DNA of 64,000 nucleotides from Deltaproteobacteria bacterium (GTDB lineage Bacteria; Desulfobacterota_D; UBA1144; Nemesobacterales; CSP1-2): NCBI GenBank assembly GCA_052390235.1, contig JBQTHB010000002.1, positions 300,543 to 364,542 of the forward strand, read 5' to 3'. Shown piece by piece: positions 58,737 to 64,000 of this stretch (position 1 is its first letter; each line of letters starts with the position of its first letter). The notes under the pieces were generated by a model. It saw only the letters and a program-made list of their open reading frames with translations, ran no database searches and was not told where the DNA came from. The position numbers and the translations under genes were made by a program.

Positions 58737-60560
58737 CTACAAATACCCAAGCCGCCGTTTTAGCTCCTCGGCGGTTTTTTTTGTCATCTGCGGGAGGGAG
58801 GAAATCTGCTCAACCGATGCCGCCTTGATGCCCTCGATGCTTCCGAATCTCTTGAGGAGTAGCTCCTTCCGCCTCCCTCCGATGCCCGGAATCGAGTCAA
58901 GCTCGGATTCAAGAGCCTTCCTGCCCCGAAGCGTTTTGTGATAGGTGATGGCGAATCTGTGCGCCTCATCCCGAATCCGTATGAGCAGGAGTAGCTCCTC
59001 GGCTCTTGCGCCTAGGGAGAGCGGATTTTTCCTTCCTGGGACGTAGATTTTATCAATTTCGCCCTCGTCTCTGCCCTTCGCAATGGACGCAATGGCGACA
59101 TTATCCTCGAGATTCGCCTCTTCGAGAGCCGCTTTGGCAACTGCGAGCTGTCCCTTGCCCCCGTCAATTAACATCAGCCCCGGAAGCCCCCATCCCGCCT
59201 CATTTGCCCTCTTCAGCCGCCTTGAAATCGCCTCAAAGAGCATCCCGTAGTCGTTTGCTCCGACGACGGTTTTAATCCTGAATTTTCTGTAGCGCGGCTT
59301 ATCGGGCTTCCCATCGAGAAAACTCACCATTGAGGCTACGGCAAGGGCGCCTTGCGTGTTCGATATATCGAAGCACTCGATTCTTGACGGCGCTTGGTCG
59401 AGCAGGAGTGAATCCCTCAATTTCAGCAATAGTTCGGATTCGCTTCGCCTCTCGCGGGATTTGCGCTTAAAACTCTCCTGGGCGTTTCTTCGGGCAAGTT
59501 CCATGAGTTTCACCCTTGCCCCTCGCTTTGGGGCGGCGATTTTAACTGCCCTGCCCAATTTCTCGGATAATAATCCCTCAAGCTCCGAAACCCCCTCGAA
59601 TTCAGCGGGAACGAGAATTTCGGGCGGAATAAACTTCTCCCCTCCGTAGAACCGCTCCAGAAATTCCCTTAATATCTCCCCATCCTCCCACGCCGCCTTA
59701 TCAAACGAGTATTCGGCTTTGTCAATTATCGCCCCGCCGCGCGAGAACAGGACGACAAACTCCACGCGCTCGCCCTCTCTGCAGTATCCCACAATGTCCT
59801 TATCGGTAACGCTTGCCGAGATGAGCCGCTCTACGTCTAAGTGCTTCTGTAGGAGTTTTATTTGGTCTCTGTAGTGTGCGGCGTCTTCATAGCGCATATC
59901 GTCCGAGGCTGATGCCATGTTTTTTTTAAGCAGTTTTATCACCTCGCGGATTTCGCCCTTGAGGAAAAGGCGGGCGGCGCTGGCAATTTCCCTGTAGCTC
60001 TGCTCATTGATTTTTGCGGCGCAGGGGGCGGCGCAGGTTTTGATGTGAAAATTGAGGCAGGGCCTGTCTCTGTGGCGGTGGAATTTCTCATCCGAGCAGT
60101 CGCGGAGGGGAAAAATTCTATGTATCAGCCGTTTTGTCTGCCTCATCGCGTCCCCAGATGCGAAAGGGCCAAAGTACGTGGCTCCGTCGGGGGCGACGCG
60201 CCTTGTGTAGGTGAGCTTGGCGAATTGCGCGCGCGGGGGGTCTAATCTCAAAGACGCGTAGTTTTTATCGTCCTTGAGGAGGATGTTGTACTTGGGTTTA
60301 TGCTTTTTTATTAGGGCGTTCTCAAGCGCTAGGGCTTCGCGCTCGCTTCCCGTAACTAGGTAGTCGAGGTCGGTTATCTCGCTTAGAATATAGGGGATTT
60401 GGGGGCGTGCGTCGCCTGAGCCGCGTTGAAAGTACGACCGGACTCGGTGGCGTATGCTCTTTGCCTTGCCAATATAAATCGCCGCGCCTTGGGAGTTTTT
60501 CATGAGATATACCCCTGTGGAGTCGGGAAGGGATTTCAGCAATTCGGGGATTATGGGCAT
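58737..60560 (-). CDS. uvrC: Excinuclease ABC subunit C UvrC
   Basis: Start at MPIIPELLKSLPDSTGVYLM (GIY-YIG N-domain); C-terminal HhH. Confidence 0.9.
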   Translation of the reverse strand: MPIIPELLKSLPDSTGVYLMKNSQGAAIYIGKAKSIRHRVRSYFQRGSGDARPQIPYILSEITDLDYLVTGSEREALALENALIKKHKPKYNILLKDDKNYASLRLDPPRAQFAKLTYTRRVAPDGATYFGPFASGDAMRQTKRLIHRIFPLRDCSDEKFHRHRDRPCLNFHIKTCAAPCAAKINEQSYREIASAARLFLKGEIREVIKLLKKNMASASDDMRYEDAAHYRDQIKLLQKHLDVERLISASVTDKDIVGYCREGERVEFVVLFSRGGAIIDKAEYSFDKAAWEDGEILREFLERFYGGEKFIPPEILVPAEFEGVSELEGLLSEKLGRAVKIAAPKRGARVKLMELARRNAQESFKRKSRERRSESELLLKLRDSLLLDQAPSRIECFDISNTQGALAVASMVSFLDGKPDKPRYRKFRIKTVVGANDYGMLFEAISRRLKRANEAGWGLPGLMLIDGGKGQLAVAKAALEEANLEDNVAIASIAKGRDEGEIDKIYVPGRKNPLSLGARAEELLLLIRIRDEAHRFAITYHKTLRGRKALESELDSIPGIGGRRKELLLKRFGSIEGIKAASVEQISSLPQMTKKTAEELKRRLGYL

Positions 60561-60716
60561 GGGAGATATTCTATACGATTTCTGGGCGCAGGGGATTAGC
60601 CCATGTCGGGGAGCAGATAGAGCGCGCAAATATCTCATTAATTGCAAGCGTTTAGATACGTATCTCTAATTAGAATGATTAATCCTCAGGGCGGAGTGCG
60701 CCAGAGGTTTGAGAAT

Positions 60717-60802
60717 TGCCCGGGGCCGGGGTCGAACCGGCACGGGCCGTGAAGCCCATTGGATTTTAAGTCCAATGCGTCTGCCTATTTCGCCACCCGG
60801 GC
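60717..60802 (-). tRNA. tRNA-Leu (anticodon TAA)
   Basis: Minus-strand sequence gcccgggtggcgaaataggcagacgcattggacTTAAAatccaatgggcttcacggcccgtgccggttcgaccccggccccgggca; long variable arm. Confidence 0.8.
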
Positions 60803-60813
60803 TTGGGATTTTT

Positions 60814-60888
60814 TGGAGGCGGCGCCCGGAATCGAACCGGGGTATTGCGGTTTTGCAGACCGCTGCCTTACCTCTTGGCTACGCCGCC
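60814..60888 (-). tRNA. tRNA-Cys (anticodon GCA), CCA encoded
   Basis: Minus-strand sequence ggcggcgtagccaagaggtaaggcagcggtctGCAaaaccgcaatacccggttcgattccgggcgccgcctcca. Confidence 0.8.
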
Positions 60889-61223
60889 CCATAAAAATTG
60901 AGAATACTATTTTGACCTACTTACAAACCCTTTTCAAGGTGATTGTTGAAATCGTCCTCCGAAGCCCTAAGGGGAGTTTCCCTATCTATACCGTCATGAG
61001 GCGCGGCCAAGTCCGAGGGAATCGAAGTGATTCGTCTCGGAGCGGATTTCCCAACCTTTAAAATTCACTGCCAACTGGATTTAACTTGCAGATTGAAAAC
61101 TTATTCAGTTGAGAAAATACCTTGACAGAGTTTGTGATTATGATATAAATACTAGCGTTTTTTAGCGGTTCTTTTGAACATTCCGAAATATACTTCACAA
61201 GTTTAGAGTCAAAGGGAATAGAG

Positions 61224-61793
61224 ATGAGAAAATGGGTGAAAATTCTGCCGTTTGTACTGCTTGCCGTTGTAGCTCCCCTAGGGTTTTATTTCTATCCGAA
61301 AGCCGAAAGTAGCCCCAAAGGACCTCAGCAACCCATAGTATTTAGCCACAAAATACACGCCACAGAAAATCAAATTCCCTGCCAGTACTGCCACAGCTAC
61401 GTCGGCAAGGCGGAGCTTCCTGGGATTCCATCAATGCAGAAATGTATGGGATGCCACACTCAGGTTGCCGGACAGGACGTGGATTACGAGTACGAGGGCG
61501 GAAAAATCAATATCAAACAGGAAATTCAGAAGCTGAGAGACTATTGGGATAAAAAGACCCCTATCGCGTGGACTAAGGTTCATTATCTGCCGGAACACGT
61601 TCATTTCAATCACAAACGCCACATTAAACGCGGTTTTGAGTGCAAGACCTGCCACGGAGAGGTCGAGAAAATGGACGTCGTCCATCGCGTTAATAAACTT
61701 GAGATGGGCTGGTGTATAGGCTGCCACACGGAAAACGCCAAGAACGAGCAGGAGTTAACTCAGCTTAGAGATTGCCTGACCTGTCATTATTAA
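61224..61793 (+). CDS. Pentaheme cytochrome c (ActA-like, alternative complex III-type)
   Basis: 189 aa; N-terminal TM; five CxxCH (CQYCH, CMGCH, CKTCH, CIGCH, CLTCH); IVFSHKIH motif. Confidence 0.7.
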   Translation: MRKWVKILPFVLLAVVAPLGFYFYPKAESSPKGPQQPIVFSHKIHATENQIPCQYCHSYVGKAELPGIPSMQKCMGCHTQVAGQDVDYEYEGGKINIKQEIQKLRDYWDKKTPIAWTKVHYLPEHVHFNHKRHIKRGFECKTCHGEVEKMDVVHRVNKLEMGWCIGCHTENAKNEQELTQLRDCLTCHY

Positions 61794-61805
61794 GTTGGAG
61801 GAGAA

Positions 61806-64000
61806 ATGTCTGAGAAGAAGAAGGGCGGAATTAAAAGAAGAGACTTCCTGAAAATTATAGGGGTTGCCGGAGGCACGGCGGCTGTAGCCGGGGCTTGCTC
61901 TTCAGAGCCTGTTGACCAAATCATTCCCTACGTTATCCCGCCGGAAGACCTCATTCCAGGTATCCCTAAGTGGTTTGCAAGCACCTGTACGGAGTGTTCT
62001 GCGGGTTGCGGCATCGTCGTGAAGAACCGCGAGGGCAGGGCGATAAAAGTTGAGGGAAATCCGAAGAACCCGATAAACGCAGGCACTCTTTGCGCAATGG
62101 GGCAGGCATCCCTCCAGGGGCTCTACAACCCAGACCGCACCCGCTCGCCGCTTGCGAAAAACGCATCTGGCAAGCACGAGCCTATAAAATGGGACGCCGC
62201 CGAAAAAACCCTCGCCGATAGGATTAAAAAACTCCAAGCCGAGGGGAAATCCGATAAAATTGTCTTTCTCACCAATAGCGTCTCAGGCAGTATGGAAAAG
62301 CTCATTAAGTCGTGGCTCGCCGCCCTTGGAGGCGGTGGTTCTACCGTGTCCGCTGGCGTCCTCAGCGAGAGCGAAGGGCTGACCGAGAGCGGACTGACCC
62401 AGGTATCAAAGAGCGGAAAGCACATAACCTATGAGACTTTCGCCCATGAACCAATAGCCGAGGCAAACCGCATCTCCTTTGGCTTGGCTAAAATCCCGAC
62501 CTATAACCTCGAAAAAGCAAAATATATCCTATCCTTCGGGGCGGATTTCCTTGAGACATGGCTCTCTCCCACGGAATACGCCGCTAAATTCACCCAATCC
62601 CATAGCTATAGAGACGGGAGCATGGGCAAGCTCGTGCAGGTCGAGCCTAGAACCTCCCTTGCCGGTGTCAACGCCGATGAATGGGTGGCGATAAAGCCGG
62701 GAGCGGACGTATTCCTCGCCCTAGCAGTGGCAAATGTCATCGTGAGCGAGGGGCTGAATAGCTCTTCAGTAGATGAAGCCATCAGGACGCTCCTCGGAAA
62801 CTACGATGCCGCGAAGGCTTCAACCCTCACCGGGGTGTCCGAGGATAAAATACGGCAGATTGCAAAGGAATTCGCCTCTGCGCCGAGCATAGCCATAGGC
62901 GGGGGAGCGGCTACCACCGCTACGAACGCTACTGAAACCCTAGTGGCGATAAATATTCTCAACTACGTCGCTGGAAATATCGGGGACACTCTGGATTTTG
63001 CAAAGAGCCTAACCATAACCGACGCGGCGTCATTCAGAGATATGGGCGCGCTTGCCAAGGCGATGTCCGCGGGCGATGTTGAACTGCTCCTAGTGTCCGG
63101 CGTGAACCCGCTGTTTACCCTTCCCAAGTCGCTTAAATTTGACGAGGCTATGAAGAGAGTCCCCTACGTGGTGAGTTTCTCCAGCTTCATGGATGAAACG
63201 GCGGCGGCGGCGCACTTGATTCTTCCAGACATAACAAATCTCGAGAGATGGGGAGACTACGCGCCTAGGGACGGCGTCTATGGACTAATTCAACCGGCTA
63301 TGAATACGGTGAACCTGTTCAACGCAAAGCCAATGGGCGATGTGATGCTCTCGGTGAGCAAGCAGATTGACTCGATAAAAGAGGGATTTGCGTGGAAGGA
63401 TTTTTATGAATATCTAAGAGATGAGTGGAAAAACAGCGTTATGCCGGCCGTTGCCCCCGGAAGCGATTTCGACTCGTTCTGGGCTGAATGTGTGCAGAAC
63501 GGCGGAATTTACCGAGAACCCGCGCCGATTGCCGTGAGTCTGTCCTCTGGGGTTTCAGATGTGGCGTTCCCGCCGGCTAGATTCGAGGGCGCGGGCGATG
63601 TGTATTTTGTCGCCTATCCCTCGTCCAGATACTATGACGGCAGAGGGGCAAATAAGCCCTGGCTTCAGGAGCTTCCAGACCCTATAACGACGGCAGTCTG
63701 GGATTCTTGGGCTGAGATTCACCCTGACATGGCGCACAGGCTCGGCGTTGAAGAGGGGGATTTCCTATCAATTGAGTCTCCTTATGGAAAAATCGAGACT
63801 CAGGCGTTCGTCTATAAGGGCGTGAGGCCCGACACCATTGCCGTTCCCATAGGTCTTGGGCATAAAAACTACGGACGCTATGCAGAAAACGTCGGCGTGA
63901 ACCCGATAGAGATATTGCCCTCCGCAGTTGACGAGAGGTCGGGCGGCTTTGCTTGGCTTTCGGCAATGGTAAAGGTTTCGAAAACAGGAAAATCTAAGAA
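61806..64000 (+). CDS. Molybdopterin-oxidoreductase-like Fe-S subunit with Tat signal (ActB-like), partial; continues beyond the window
   Basis: MSEKKKGGIKRRDFLKIIGVAGGTAAVAGAC Tat motif; CTECSAGCG Fe-S-binding region; no stop codon before the end of the window. Confidence 0.7.
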   Translation, partial: MSEKKKGGIKRRDFLKIIGVAGGTAAVAGACSSEPVDQIIPYVIPPEDLIPGIPKWFASTCTECSAGCGIVVKNREGRAIKVEGNPKNPINAGTLCAMGQASLQGLYNPDRTRSPLAKNASGKHEPIKWDAAEKTLADRIKKLQAEGKSDKIVFLTNSVSGSMEKLIKSWLAALGGGGSTVSAGVLSESEGLTESGLTQVSKSGKHITYETFAHEPIAEANRISFGLAKIPTYNLEKAKYILSFGADFLETWLSPTEYAAKFTQSHSYRDGSMGKLVQVEPRTSLAGVNADEWVAIKPGADVFLALAVANVIVSEGLNSSSVDEAIRTLLGNYDAAKASTLTGVSEDKIRQIAKEFASAPSIAIGGGAATTATNATETLVAINILNYVAGNIGDTLDFAKSLTITDAASFRDMGALAKAMSAGDVELLLVSGVNPLFTLPKSLKFDEAMKRVPYVVSFSSFMDETAAAAHLILPDITNLERWGDYAPRDGVYGLIQPAMNTVNLFNAKPMGDVMLSVSKQIDSIKEGFAWKDFYEYLRDEWKNSVMPAVAPGSDFDSFWAECVQNGGIYREPAPIAVSLSSGVSDVAFPPARFEGAGDVYFVAYPSSRYYDGRGANKPWLQELPDPITTAVWDSWAEIHPDMAHRLGVEEGDFLSIESPYGKIETQAFVYKGVRPDTIAVPIGLGHKNYGRYAENVGVNPIEILPSAVDERSGGFAWLSAMVKVSKTGKSK

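Overview
This 64 kb window looks like bacterial chromosome at about 55% GC in its core genes (argBDF, xerC-hslVU, minCDE, uvrC, truD/trmI/rsmG, an ACIII-like actAB start). The left 15 kb is a complete, lower-GC type I-B CRISPR-Cas locus on the minus strand: cas6-cas8b-cas7-[GIY-YIG]-cas5-cas3-cas4-cas1-cas2, a leader, and an array of at least 72 identical 30-bp repeats that runs off the left edge of the window. Every intergenic gap in the cas operon holds ~90-bp MITE-like palindromic elements (core ATTCCC-N8-GGGAAT, ends TGTCATTCCC). A second palindromic family (TTCGACTCCGCTCA / TGAGCGGAGTCGAA) recurs elsewhere in the window. The middle of the window (about 26.7-36.7 kb) is compositionally distinct, up to about 63% GC. 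I read it as a decayed chromosomal integron: a frameshifted and truncated intI N-terminal fragment, an attI-like junction, and at least two attC sites with GCCTAAC/GTTAGGC cores. One cassette carries a 5.3 kb DUF4011-like/SF1 helicase/Vsr-like endonuclease/DUF3320 defence-type gene. The integron abuts a truncated TonB-receptor/PepSY iron-uptake locus. Downstream is an uncharacterised three-gene operon whose two large products are paralogs sharing a C-terminal macro-like (ADP-ribose-binding) domain. Other observations are overlapping CRISPR spacers that suggest primed adaptation, a PepSY pseudogene, a duplicated 150-bp segment flanking a GlcG-ABM pair, and a PEP-CTERM-like tail in frame after a secreted adenosine-deaminase-like gene. 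All calls come from reading the sequence and the ORF translations; no database searches were run.
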